A stretch of DNA of 64,000 bases. Origin: a virus. The stretch lies in the IMG/VR virus record IMGVR_UViG_3300008017_000012, one strand, 5' to 3'. Below are positions 38,365-48,029 of the stretch, one piece after another (positions within the stretch are counted from its first letter, which is position 1; the number at the start of each line of letters is the position of its first letter). A program made the position numbers and the translations under genes. The notes under the pieces were generated by a model. It made no database searches and was not told the DNA's origin. It saw only the letters and a list, made by a program, of their open reading frames with translations.

Positions 38365-38790
38365 ATGAAAGAAACAATGATAGAAAAATTATATAAGAAA
38401 TTTAGTGAGCTAAGAGAAGAAGCAGTAGAAGATTGTAAATTTATAAGAACAGAATTAGACAACTCATTCAACAATACAAATAAAATCATAAAGTATATAA
38501 ATTTAAAATGTGAATGGAATAGAGTAAATAGAAAATTTGAATTAGAGAGAAAACAAAAATATAGAAAATTATATGAATTTTATCAAACAGATTATCCTTT
38601 AAAAATTAACACAAAAGATGAATATCAATTATTTATTGAAAGTGACAGTGAATATTATGATATACAATCAAAATCACAAATAACAAAAGAAATTATTATT
38701 TATATAGATTCAGTGTTAGATGCATTAAAAGGAAGAGGATATGAAATAAAAAATTGTCTTGAATGGGAAAAATTCAAAAATGGACAATAA
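38365..38790 (+). CDS. uvsY: Recombination mediator (UvsY-like)
   Basis: Helical protein ending LKGRGYEIKNCLEWEKFKNG, typical of UvsY; adjacent to uvsW; late promoter TATAAATA at 38318-38325. Confidence 0.8.
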   Translation: MKETMIEKLYKKFSELREEAVEDCKFIRTELDNSFNNTNKIIKYINLKCEWNRVNRKFELERKQKYRKLYEFYQTDYPLKINTKDEYQLFIESDSEYYDIQSKSQITKEIIIYIDSVLDALKGRGYEIKNCLEWEKFKNGQ

Positions 38791-39744
38791 TTAAATAACA
38801 ATTACTTCATTAGAATCAGATGCAAAAATTTCTGTATCTATATTTTTAATAGAAGTATCTTTACTACCAGTATTATTCATAAAATATAATACTCTTGTTA
38901 TTAATTCTTCAATTTTAGGTGAAAAAATTTTATCAGAAAATACCTGTTTAAAATTTATATCACTGATATTTTTTATATGATATACACTTTTAAAATACAT
39001 AGAATAGAGTAATTCATTAGAATGACTAATAGTAGATAAAGGAATTTGAAAAATATTTGTTTCTATGAAAAATTTCTCAATTAAAATTAATTTATTTATT
39101 AAAAATGAAATTTCATTTTCTTCAAGGAAAGATTGATAATCTAAAAAAGGTTGGACTAAAGAATAATAATAAGGGTCAAATGATTTAATTAAAGAATTTT
39201 TTTTAAGAGATAATAAATTATTTAAAACATTCATCATCAAATCATTAGGCATATTTAATGTATCAGATGAATTATTATAAGCTAAATCAACAATAATATT
39301 AGCTACAGATTCTGGTAATAAAGAAAAATATTCTTCATCTAAATTAATATCTAGTGTTTTCAAATCAATATTATTATCATTATCATTTAATATTGTTAAA
39401 TTTATAAAAATATCATCAATATTATATGATATAGGAATACCTATATTAATTAAAGCATTTAAAATATCAGATTTATAGATTTTACTTGGGAAATTAGAAA
39501 TATCTGGTTGTAAGTTACTTTTAACTTCTAAAACACTTAGTTTATAAATTAACTCTTTATATATATCATCAGTAAAAAAATATTCAGCTTTATAAAGTTC
39601 TCTTAATAAAGAATTATTTAAAGAGTTTAAAGAATTAAGAGTAGTTACAATAGAACTATGTTCTTTTATAACATTATTAAAAATAAATTTAGGATCTGAT
39701 ACATCAAGAGGTATATTTGATAAATTTTGGATTAAATCACTCAT
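38791..39744 (-). CDS. Hypothetical protein, 317 aa
   Basis: Last ORF of the baseplate gene run. Confidence 0.55.
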   Translation of the reverse strand: MSDLIQNLSNIPLDVSDPKFIFNNVIKEHSSIVTTLNSLNSLNNSLLRELYKAEYFFTDDIYKELIYKLSVLEVKSNLQPDISNFPSKIYKSDILNALINIGIPISYNIDDIFINLTILNDNDNNIDLKTLDINLDEEYFSLLPESVANIIVDLAYNNSSDTLNMPNDLMMNVLNNLLSLKKNSLIKSFDPYYYSLVQPFLDYQSFLEENEISFLINKLILIEKFFIETNIFQIPLSTISHSNELLYSMYFKSVYHIKNISDINFKQVFSDKIFSPKIEELITRVLYFMNNTGSKDTSIKNIDTEIFASDSNEVIVI

Positions 39745-39747
39745 ATA

Positions 39748-41418
39748 TTAACCTAGCTTAATAGCAGGGGCAGATAAAGCAATAAGAGAAGATGAAGAAA
39801 TATTAACTTTAGCAGCACTTATATTTACATTACCAGAAACAGTTATATTCAAATTACCACCAATTGATTCTTTTAAATTACCTTGAACTTTTTGTGTTTG
39901 ATTACCATTTATATTTTCATTTTTATTATTACCAATAGAAATATCGCAATTATCAGTAATTTTTTCATTTAATGAAGCACCATAATCATTGTTAACATCA
40001 CCACCAATTTTTGTATTTTTTTCATTATCTATATTTAAATTTTCTGATCCATGAATATTTTCAAATTTATCTTCACGAATTTCAATTTTTGTATTTTTAT
40101 TTACAATTACAATATTATCTTGAAAAATAGTTATTTCCCAATTTCCATCAACTATATCAACTTTTTTACCAGTTGTTTTAGAAATTGCATCACCATTATC
40201 TAATTTTGAATCATACGTTCCTGATGGGTGTAAATTAACTTTTCTGACATTACCTGGTGTTTCATCTGAAATTTCAACAAATCCACCTTTATTTTCTCTA
40301 ACAACTATTTTTCCGTATTCAGCTTTATCACTTGTTGGTGCTTCTTCTTTAATTTCATTAGAATTAGAAGATGATGATGCACTAGAAACATTACCTGATT
40401 TAGCTAATGTTGGTTTAATTCCATTAATAATAGAGCCAGCATTTGGTATTTTAGGTATTGGTGTTTCATTTGTTATTCCGGACGTTACTGAAGTTATTTT
40501 TTTATCTTTGCCCATTAAGTTATCTAGAAATTTTGGTTTTTCTAATGACTTAATCCCTAATAAATTTTTAATAGGTGTTACAACTTTTGTTACATTTGTA
40601 TCTTTCTTTAATTGAGGAGTTATAATTTTTGCATCAGGAGTATCTTTTAAAGCAGCTGGATTTATTTTTTGATTACCATTTAGATCTGGTATTTTTGTTT
40701 GTATATATTTTGATGTTGAGGGTTCACCTTCTTTACGTTTATAAAAATCATAATTTGTTTTATTAAAAATATCTAATTTTGTTGCAGATATTAAACTTTT
40801 ATATTTCAAATCTTCAATAGGGTTAGATTTAGGGATTAAGCCGTTTAAATCTTCAATAGATTTATTAAATACGTTAGTAATATCACTTGTAGTATCTGAT
40901 ATAGAAAAAGAAGTTATATTATCAAATGAAGTAAGAATTTCTGTACTTAAAGAATTTGCATTATTAATAACACTATTAATCAATGTAATATTAGCATTAA
41001 ATTCTGGTATACCTAAAGTTTTTTGAAGTTCAGAAATTTTATTATTTATTAAATTGTTTATTGTGCTTTGAAACCCACCTTTTAATTTTCTTGTAAACCC
41101 ATTCATCTGAGACGTAAATAAATTAATAGATGAAATATTAGTAAAATTTAATGATGTTTTAGAAGATACAATTAAATTATTAATATCAGTTAAATAAGCA
41201 GCAGATTTAGCTCCTTTACCATATTTTCTTTCAAGAGCTTTCATTTCATTATTAGTTCGTTTTTTATTAATTGAAGATTTTTTTGAAAAAAGCTTTATGG
41301 TATTTAAACTAGATTTATTATTAAAATTATTTAAAACAGCTAAAGAAGATTTTTTGGAAGAATTTATAGAATTTGTTATAGAATTTTCTGTTGCTTTAAT
41401 AATATCAAAACTACTCAT
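39748..41418 (-). CDS. Baseplate spike protein (gp5 C-terminal beta-helix part)
   Basis: GGFVEISDETPG...HPSGTY followed by 8-residue (I/V)xGx repeats; long Ser/Asn/Lys-rich N-terminal half. Confidence 0.8.
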   Translation of the reverse strand: MSSFDIIKATENSITNSINSSKKSSLAVLNNFNNKSSLNTIKLFSKKSSINKKRTNNEMKALERKYGKGAKSAAYLTDINNLIVSSKTSLNFTNISSINLFTSQMNGFTRKLKGGFQSTINNLINNKISELQKTLGIPEFNANITLINSVINNANSLSTEILTSFDNITSFSISDTTSDITNVFNKSIEDLNGLIPKSNPIEDLKYKSLISATKLDIFNKTNYDFYKRKEGEPSTSKYIQTKIPDLNGNQKINPAALKDTPDAKIITPQLKKDTNVTKVVTPIKNLLGIKSLEKPKFLDNLMGKDKKITSVTSGITNETPIPKIPNAGSIINGIKPTLAKSGNVSSASSSSNSNEIKEEAPTSDKAEYGKIVVRENKGGFVEISDETPGNVRKVNLHPSGTYDSKLDNGDAISKTTGKKVDIVDGNWEITIFQDNIVIVNKNTKIEIREDKFENIHGSENLNIDNEKNTKIGGDVNNDYGASLNEKITDNCDISIGNNKNENINGNQTQKVQGNLKESIGGNLNITVSGNVNISAAKVNISSSSLIALSAPAIKLG

Positions 41419-41420
41419 AA

Positions 41421-41714
41421 TTATCCCATAGTCCTAACCCAACCCAACCAAACTAAATTCATTGGGTCATTTTGAATAAATTGTACATATACGAAATCAC
41501 CAATATCAGGAATTTCACCAGAAAGACCTTTAGAAAAAGCACAGTGATTAGCCCAAACACTATGATTAGGATTATTATTATTCATATTATGAACACCTAT
41601 AACTCTTACTCTTACTCTTTCTAATGCTTTAGGGTCAAGATTATTTATTACTTCAGCAATAAATATTCCTGATAAATTAACTTCGTTATCTAAATTATAT
41701 TCTCTTCCTAACAT
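41421..41714 (-). CDS. Stand-alone gp5 N-terminal OB-fold
   Basis: AEVINNLDPKALERVRVRVIGVH...WA...PDIGDFVYVQF. Confidence 0.8.
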   Translation of the reverse strand: MLGREYNLDNEVNLSGIFIAEVINNLDPKALERVRVRVIGVHNMNNNNPNHSVWANHCAFSKGLSGEIPDIGDFVYVQFIQNDPMNLVWLGWVRTMG

Positions 41715-41715
41715 A

Positions 41716-42951
41716 TTACCAACTTATTATATTCCTTGAAAATTCTTTAAATCCATCAGAACATAAACAAATTGCTTGTGAATATTCTTCATAAAAAGAA
41801 AATGAATGGGATATATCTCTAATTAAATAATCCCCTTTATATTGTTTATTTATTTCAGAACTTTGTCCTTCAACATTTAAATTTTGTGAAGGAAAATCTA
41901 ATTTTGCTAACCAGCCACATCTTCTATCAGGGTCACCATTAGTTAAAAAATTTATTTTAAATACATCTGTTGATAATAAAGAGTAATCATTTTGTATTTT
42001 CCCATTTAAGAGATCATTCAATTTTGAATCATCCCCTGTAATAGCACCTTTAGTATTAGGAAATAAAGAACAAAAAGCAATATTATGATATTTAATATCA
42101 TTTAAATATTTTGGATATAAAGGATATTTAGATGATAAATGAGTTTGATTTACATTACTTATATTTAATTCAGTAGAAATTACTTTCTTTTTATCAAAAT
42201 TAAAAGCATAATATTTAGTACCAGCACCACCATTAGATAACAATCTTATAATATCATAATTCGTTTCTACTGTTAAATTATCTATTCTACCACGATACCT
42301 TGGATTTTCTGGATTAACTAAAAATTCATCAAATCTTCCAAGACTACCTTTCATTAAATAATCTAATGTTGTTACATTAACTTTACCTGTTTTTAAATCA
42401 GTCCAACAAAGATAACCACCTGTTCCTGAAGAATTAATTGCAAAAGATAAAAGATATTTAATTATGTGATATGGACTCCAATAAGGTGATACAAAACTTT
42501 CAATAATTTGTTTTGTTGGTTCTATATATCCTATTTGTGCACCACATTCAGTTAATAATGATGATATAATTTGACTTATTTTCATATCATCATAATTTAT
42601 AGATAATGTTTTAGATAATCCTTGAATTAACCAAGATGAACAAAAATTAAATCTAATTGTATTATAGTGTTGTTCTGGTAATACAGACCCCTTTTCATTA
42701 GAATATAACACATAATCTAATGTTAAATCTGTTTGCCCTTCAACTGTAAAAATAATTTTTATTTTATCTTCTGCAAAAACTTCACCTTTTTCAACAAGAG
42801 CTTGATAATCCATTATATCTATATAACCAGTAATCCCTGGTTGTGTAATTGTTTCAAAAATTTTTATTGCTGTTATATGTTCTCGAATAATTTCTATATC
42901 ATTTATTAAAACTTTTTTTAGTCTTAGTTGTTCAATAGTTTCTTGAGACAT
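41716..42951 (-). CDS. Baseplate hub protein (gp27-like)
   Basis: IFETITQP..TGYIDI N-terminus, YKGDYLIRDISHSF C-terminus; between gp53 and gp5. Confidence 0.6.
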   Translation of the reverse strand: MSQETIEQLRLKKVLINDIEIIREHITAIKIFETITQPGITGYIDIMDYQALVEKGEVFAEDKIKIIFTVEGQTDLTLDYVLYSNEKGSVLPEQHYNTIRFNFCSSWLIQGLSKTLSINYDDMKISQIISSLLTECGAQIGYIEPTKQIIESFVSPYWSPYHIIKYLLSFAINSSGTGGYLCWTDLKTGKVNVTTLDYLMKGSLGRFDEFLVNPENPRYRGRIDNLTVETNYDIIRLLSNGGAGTKYYAFNFDKKKVISTELNISNVNQTHLSSKYPLYPKYLNDIKYHNIAFCSLFPNTKGAITGDDSKLNDLLNGKIQNDYSLLSTDVFKINFLTNGDPDRRCGWLAKLDFPSQNLNVEGQSSEINKQYKGDYLIRDISHSFSFYEEYSQAICLCSDGFKEFSRNIISW

Positions 42952-42957
42952 GGAATT

Positions 42958-43458
42958 TTATCTTTCTAAAATTTTTTGTTGATATGCCCAGATAATATCA
43001 TTAAGTGTTTGTGTTCTAGGCAATATAATATATCTTTTAAGCTCATTACTTTCAAAAAGCATATCATAGTAAGTATTTCTTGAATAAAGCCCTTCCTCCT
43101 CAAAATAGAGGTCACTAAGAGTATTTAATTGTTCTTGAGACAATGGCCATTCACTTAACGGGTCAGTTATATTATTAAAGACAAGAATTAACCACCAAAA
43201 ATCAACAGTATTAAAATTTTTATAAGATACCATATCAGGAAGTTCACCTTCAAGTATCTCATATCTATTAATTAAATTTATGTCATTTTTATATTTATCA
43301 TCTAACTGATATTTTATAAACATATTTTTAATTGTTGTTTTAACAGGTTGCCTATTAGACATAATATATGACGTACCAGATGTTGTTGATAAACTTTCTA
43401 AATAATCTGTTAAATCTATCTCAATATCTGGAAACTGATCAAAAAATGAGAAATTCAT
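42958..43458 (-). CDS. Baseplate wedge subunit (gp53-like)
   Basis: YEILEGELPDMVSYK...WWLILVFNNITDPLSEWPLS. Confidence 0.85.
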   Translation of the reverse strand: MNFSFFDQFPDIEIDLTDYLESLSTTSGTSYIMSNRQPVKTTIKNMFIKYQLDDKYKNDINLINRYEILEGELPDMVSYKNFNTVDFWWLILVFNNITDPLSEWPLSQEQLNTLSDLYFEEEGLYSRNTYYDMLFESNELKRYIILPRTQTLNDIIWAYQQKILER

Positions 43459-43466
43459 AAAAATCC

Positions 43467-44186
43467 TTAATCTTGAAATTTTTTAATAGATTGAAAGCTT
43501 AAATCTAATGTAACTTGTGTAGGTCTTTTATCTATTGTGTATATATGCATATTTGATTCACCTGAATAAGATATATTTAAATTTTTTAATGCCATCCAAG
43601 TATATTTTCCTGTTTCTCCATATCCTAAACCAACTACATCTTGAAAATTTATATCCCATACAGGCGGATAAATTAATGTATTTGTTTTGCCTGATGTTGA
43701 TGCTGATTTTGATGGATTATTTGCTTTTTTAAAATTTTGTACAATTCCTTGTACAATTTCATTCTCTCTTTGTGAAATGGGCACCATAGAAAAAGAAAAA
43801 TTTAATTCTATTGGGTTTGGCCCTTCATAAATAAGAAGATCCATAGGCATAGCAACACTACCATTATATGCTGATGCTGTTGCTGTTATTTTAGCACCAA
43901 AATTTGTTTTTAATGTGTTTATTAATTCGTTAGCAGCTGCATTTTTAAGATCCTCAGCTGGCCCACCTAAAATATTTTGTAATCCCCATGAAGATGTTGA
44001 AGCTTCTTTAAATGAACCTGGTAAATATAATGCTACTGATTCAATTCCTGGATATTGAGGCTCTAATTCTACTTTAGCATCTTTTTTATCCCCATAAGGA
44101 AATTTATATTTTTTGGGTGTAAAAAGAACCCAAGGACAATTTGCATTATATTCTTCTGGAAATCTTAATTTTAAATTATTAGCCAT
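43467..44186 (-). CDS. Baseplate tail-tube cap (gp48-like)
   Basis: VALYLP, YEGPNPIELNFSFSMVP..E, YPPVW, ALKNLNISY, PTQVTLDLSF. Confidence 0.75.
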   Translation of the reverse strand: MANNLKLRFPEEYNANCPWVLFTPKKYKFPYGDKKDAKVELEPQYPGIESVALYLPGSFKEASTSSWGLQNILGGPAEDLKNAAANELINTLKTNFGAKITATASAYNGSVAMPMDLLIYEGPNPIELNFSFSMVPISQRENEIVQGIVQNFKKANNPSKSASTSGKTNTLIYPPVWDINFQDVVGLGYGETGKYTWMALKNLNISYSGESNMHIYTIDKRPTQVTLDLSFQSIKKFQD

Positions 44187-46114
44187 TAATATGTTCTCAC
44201 TAATCTACTCGGGAAACTATTAACATCCCCTGTTAAAATAGAAATAATTGGTTTTGTTTTACTTGTAGACGATTGTGTTACAGAATTAATATTATTTATT
44301 TGTGGTTCTTTCTTCTCTATAACAGAATTTTGTCTATTTAGTTCTTCTTTTATTTTATATTGTTCAGTATTATTTGTTGTATTTTTTGTATTTTGTACTA
44401 TATTATTAACATTATTTGTTGCTGGTTTATTTTGATTATATGTTACAGGACTAACAACTTCATTATCTATATTTTTAGAATGAGAACTAACCATTTCTAT
44501 ATTTTTAGAATGAGAATTAGTCATTTCTATATTTTTAGAATGAGGACTAACAACTTCATTATCTATATTTTTAGAATGAGAATTAGTCATTTCTATATTT
44601 TTTTGAACTCTTTTTTCTTCTGTATGTTTATTAAAACCAAGTAAACCAGATTTTTCAATAAGTTTTATTTCATATTCAACGCCTCTCCTTTTTAATTCTT
44701 TTTCAATAGCTTCTCTTCTTTTAATATCACCTTCAGAAATCCATCCATCATTCTTTTCATTTGTTGAAATTAGATCTAAAGAATTTAATAAAGATTCCGT
44801 TGATTTTGAATTTTTTTCTATATCAATTATTGTATCCTCAATTTTTGGAAAAAGAACAGATGCACCTGCACCAATAGCTATTGCAGGAAGTATTGTACTT
44901 GTTAAAGCTGTTGTTAAAGCTGTTGTAATTGTAGGTATTAATGCTCCACTTCCTACTAATCCTAATCCTTTTAATATTGTATTTGTTATTGAAGAAGTGT
45001 TTTCCTCATCTTTTGTTTTTATACCTGAATAAGTATTAGTGCTTTCTTCTGTTTTTAATGATGATAAATTTGTTTTTATTGGACTTGCTTCTAATTCTCT
45101 ATCTCTTTCTATTTCTTCATTGTTTTCAATATTTCTTTTTTGTAAATCTCTTATATTTTCTAATAGTCCAGTATGAATAGTTAGTATATCAACAATTTTA
45201 GTAGTTAATGGTTCAATATTTTCTTTTTCTTCTGTACTCTTATTTGTTTTTACTTTTGGTGTATTTTCTTCTAAATCCTTTATATCTTCTAACAATCCAG
45301 TGCGATTATCTAATATATCAACAACATTAGCAGTTAATAATTCAATTTCTTCTTTTAAATCTTCTTTAGTATCATCTGGTATTATATTACCAAACCCTTT
45401 TTTTGATTTTTCTGGTAAATTTTTAGAAACAATATCATTAGTTTCTTCTTTTAATTTTTCTAAATTTTCTCTTTTTTGTTTATGTTTACCTGCTAAATCA
45501 GAAAGTTTAGAACCCCCTAATAATAAAGAGGGAGATTCTGTTAATGCACCAAGGCCTTTTAATAGACCACCACCTGTATGTAAAGCTAATTCTTTGCTTG
45601 ACTTCTTTTTTAATTCTTCTTTTGTTTCTTTAAATTTTTCTTTCATTGTCTTAGCTGTTTCAACAGGATTTAATGCTGAAGAAATACCTTTCCCCATAAT
45701 AATTCCTAGAGAAGGATTTTCTAATACCCCACCTAAAGCTAGACCTGTTGTTAAACCTACTGTTTTTTTAAAGTTTCCATCATTTGAATATTTTTTTAAT
45801 GTTATAAATGATTTAGTAACACTATCTGTCACTAAAGAAAACATTTTCAAATCAGCATTTAATTTTGGTTTTTCTAGTGGATTTGTTTTATTAAGGTCAT
45901 CAACATATTTTTTTGTTTTGTTAAGAGATTTTTTTACAAAATCATTAATAATGCCTTCTTGACTGGATAAATCACTAATAGTTATTGAGTTAAAAACAGA
46001 TAATACATCATTTGCAAAACTACTAATCGAAGGATTTTTTATATTTTTTATATATTTAATAATTCGACTATTTATTAAAGATTTTTTTTTATTAAATTTA
46101 TTTTCGTTATTCAT
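44186..46114 (-). CDS. Tape-measure-like / gp29-like hub protein
   Basis: Long helical protein with Gly-rich hydrophobic blocks; downstream of the gp26/gp51-like pair; late promoter (TATTTATA on + at 46146-46153). Confidence 0.6.
   Translation of the reverse strand: MNNENKFNKKKSLINSRIIKYIKNIKNPSISSFANDVLSVFNSITISDLSSQEGIINDFVKKSLNKTKKYVDDLNKTNPLEKPKLNADLKMFSLVTDSVTKSFITLKKYSNDGNFKKTVGLTTGLALGGVLENPSLGIIMGKGISSALNPVETAKTMKEKFKETKEELKKKSSKELALHTGGGLLKGLGALTESPSLLLGGSKLSDLAGKHKQKRENLEKLKEETNDIVSKNLPEKSKKGFGNIIPDDTKEDLKEEIELLTANVVDILDNRTGLLEDIKDLEENTPKVKTNKSTEEKENIEPLTTKIVDILTIHTGLLENIRDLQKRNIENNEEIERDRELEASPIKTNLSSLKTEESTNTYSGIKTKDEENTSSITNTILKGLGLVGSGALIPTITTALTTALTSTILPAIAIGAGASVLFPKIEDTIIDIEKNSKSTESLLNSLDLISTNEKNDGWISEGDIKRREAIEKELKRRGVEYEIKLIEKSGLLGFNKHTEEKRVQKNIEMTNSHSKNIDNEVVSPHSKNIEMTNSHSKNIEMVSSHSKNIDNEVVSPVTYNQNKPATNNVNNIVQNTKNTTNNTEQYKIKEELNRQNSVIEKKEPQINNINSVTQSSTSKTKPIISILTGDVNSFPSRLVRTY
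44456..44602 (-). repeat. Intragenic tandem repeats (SHSKNIEMxx / SHSKNIDNEVV)
   Basis: Mixed 30- and 39-bp units containing TTCTATATTTTTAGAATGAG. Confidence 0.85.
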
Positions 46115-46156
46115 AATGTATTCCTAGATAAAATATGCTCATGAATATTTATATAT

Positions 46157-46189
46157 AAAAAAAAGACAATAATAAAAATTGTCTTTTTT
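46157..46189. terminator. Intrinsic terminator hairpin
   Basis: AAAAAAGACAAT-N7-ATTGTCTTTTTT after the gp51-like frame. Confidence 0.65.
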
Positions 46190-46197
46190 AAAAAGGA

Positions 46198-46380
46198 TTA
46201 TTTTTTTAATTTATCTTTCAATTCCTTTAAAGTCATATAATAATATAATTCTAACTCATAAGGGTATAAATTATACATTTCCTCTAAACTAAAATTAGCT
46301 TCTTTTTTTAAGAAAAAGAATGTCTGATATAAATCAGGCAAATTTTGGTCTAGAGTTATAAAACTAAAAAACTTAACAAA
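46198..46380 (-). CDS. gp51-like reading frame with no ATG at its 5' end, in the -1 frame of gp26 (not in the track)
   Basis: ...LDQNLPDLYQTFFFLKKEANFSLEEMYNLYPYELELYYYMTLKELKDKLKK; resembles gp51/GT-type C-terminal chaperone segments. Confidence 0.65.
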   Translation of the reverse strand, partial: FVKFFSFITLDQNLPDLYQTFFFLKKEANFSLEEMYNLYPYELELYYYMTLKELKDKLKK

Positions 46381-47078
46381 TTACCATAATTCATATTAAT
46401 TTCTTTTTGACAATTAGGGTTATGGCATTTAACTGTTCTTTCTAATTTTACACTTGATAAACGACTTTTAAACTCTTTATAAATTTCAATCATATCATCA
46501 GAGTCAAATTGATCAAGAAAATCTTCTAATTCATTAAGAGTAAAAATAGTGAATGTTTCGTTTTTATAAGTTAATCCTTCTATAGAATTTAAAACTACAT
46601 AAAAATCATAACGAGAAGAGTTAACCCCATACTCTTCTAATAATTCTTTTGCTTTAATATATGAAATTTCTTTAAAGACAATAGTAAGATTATCATTTAT
46701 AATAGCAGGACTTTTATCAAATTCTTTAATTATTGTATTTTTGGTTAAACTAACTTCATCTAATAATTTATTTTTACAGTTTGGACAATGGTAATTATAT
46801 TCTATTGTATCCCCTTTAGATAATTTTCTTATTTCGATTGCAATTTTTTTTATATCTTGTTCTGATAAACTATCAAACAATTCTGGATTATTTGTACAAT
46901 TTTTAAAAAATTCTAATACATAATTTAATTTATTTTTTTCAAAGTCTGAATCTGAATCAATTTTAAACATAAGATTTTTTTCATCTTTTATTTTCCACCC
47001 ACGAATACCAATATTTTTACCTGAAGGTAATTTTGTTTTAATAAAACTATTATCATTATCTAAAATAGGCAAACTCAT
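46356..47078 (-). CDS. Baseplate hub assembly protein (gp26-like)
   Basis: KLPSGK..IRGWKIKDEK, IRKLSKGD..E..Y.CPNC, KCHNPNC. Confidence 0.85.
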   Translation of the reverse strand: MSLPILDNDNSFIKTKLPSGKNIGIRGWKIKDEKNLMFKIDSDSDFEKNKLNYVLEFFKNCTNNPELFDSLSEQDIKKIAIEIRKLSKGDTIEYNYHCPNCKNKLLDEVSLTKNTIIKEFDKSPAIINDNLTIVFKEISYIKAKELLEEYGVNSSRYDFYVVLNSIEGLTYKNETFTIFTLNELEDFLDQFDSDDMIEIYKEFKSRLSSVKLERTVKCHNPNCQKEINMNYGNLLSFLVL

Positions 47079-47116
47079 ACGACAATCTCCTTAGTTAGTT
47101 TATTTTTTAAATATTA

Positions 47117-47404
47117 CTATGCATAATCTAAAATTTTTGCTTTTAAATCATCAATTGTAACTGTTGGTAAATCATCAATGTCAATTTCTTTATTTGTATC
47201 AACATTAATAATTTTTAATATTTCAACAACATCCCCCTCATCAGGAGTTTCTCTATCACCTTTCATACCTTTTTCAATATCATAAAAAACTTCAACTTCA
47301 GGGTCAATAATATCATTATCATAATCCTTAAAAAAAAGTTTAGTAGATAAAGATAATGGTTTTTTTTCACAGAGAGTAGAAAAGATTTCGCTAATAGTTT
47401 TCAT
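47117..47404 (-). CDS. Hypothetical acidic protein, 95 aa
   Basis: SD plus ORF; N-terminus MKTISEIF. Confidence 0.5.
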   Translation of the reverse strand: MKTISEIFSTLCEKKPLSLSTKLFFKDYDNDIIDPEVEVFYDIEKGMKGDRETPDEGDVVEILKIINVDTNKEIDIDDLPTVTIDDLKAKILDYA

Positions 47405-47406
47405 AA

Positions 47407-48024
47407 TTATTTCCTTGCAATTAAGTGAGTTGGGTCTAAAGTATCATCAATAGTTTCTATATTATGGAATTGATAATTAAAAATTACAGTACATCTTATA
47501 ATTTCATTAAATGAAGAATAATTATAATTTATATCTTGTATTTTAGTAGGGAATACATTTCTAAATCTATCAACTCTTCTAGCTTTACCTTCAAAATCTA
47601 ATGGCATTATAGCAAAATTACTAGCTACAATATCACTTAAATAATTTCTTGTTATTCCACCTGTTGCTGTATCAATATGCAAAGCTGATTGCATCCATTG
47701 ATAGAAAAAATTTCTCATTGTTAATTCAGAAGTTTCTAAGAATGTAATCATTAATGAATCATAAGATCTATTTTTAAAATAATAACGATTAACACCATTT
47801 AATTCTGAATCAACTGTAGTAATATTTATACTAGGACAATCAACAGATATTACTTGAAATTCTAACCAACCATTTTCTTGAAATTTATATATATTTGGTG
47901 CATTAAGTAAACAAGCATATCTGTTAATTAATGGTATACCAAGATTGTCATATATTGTTGATTTATTTTTAAATTCTTCAATATCAAGAACATTATTTAA
48001 ATCTAATGATTTTAATTCACTCAT
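47407..48024 (-). CDS. Tail tube family protein (gp19/gp54-like), paralog 3
   Basis: NRY, VDCPS, LMITF, FYQW, VFPTKI...Y...TVIFNY. Confidence 0.65.
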   Translation of the reverse strand: MSELKSLDLNNVLDIEEFKNKSTIYDNLGIPLINRYACLLNAPNIYKFQENGWLEFQVISVDCPSINITTVDSELNGVNRYYFKNRSYDSLMITFLETSELTMRNFFYQWMQSALHIDTATGGITRNYLSDIVASNFAIMPLDFEGKARRVDRFRNVFPTKIQDINYNYSSFNEIIRCTVIFNYQFHNIETIDDTLDPTHLIARK

Positions 48025-48029
48025 AAAAA

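Noticed and set aside
44456-44602. Short tandem repeats as a possible CRISPR array
   Set aside because: The units are in-frame coding repeats (30/39 bp) within the tape-measure-like ORF, with no unique spacers.
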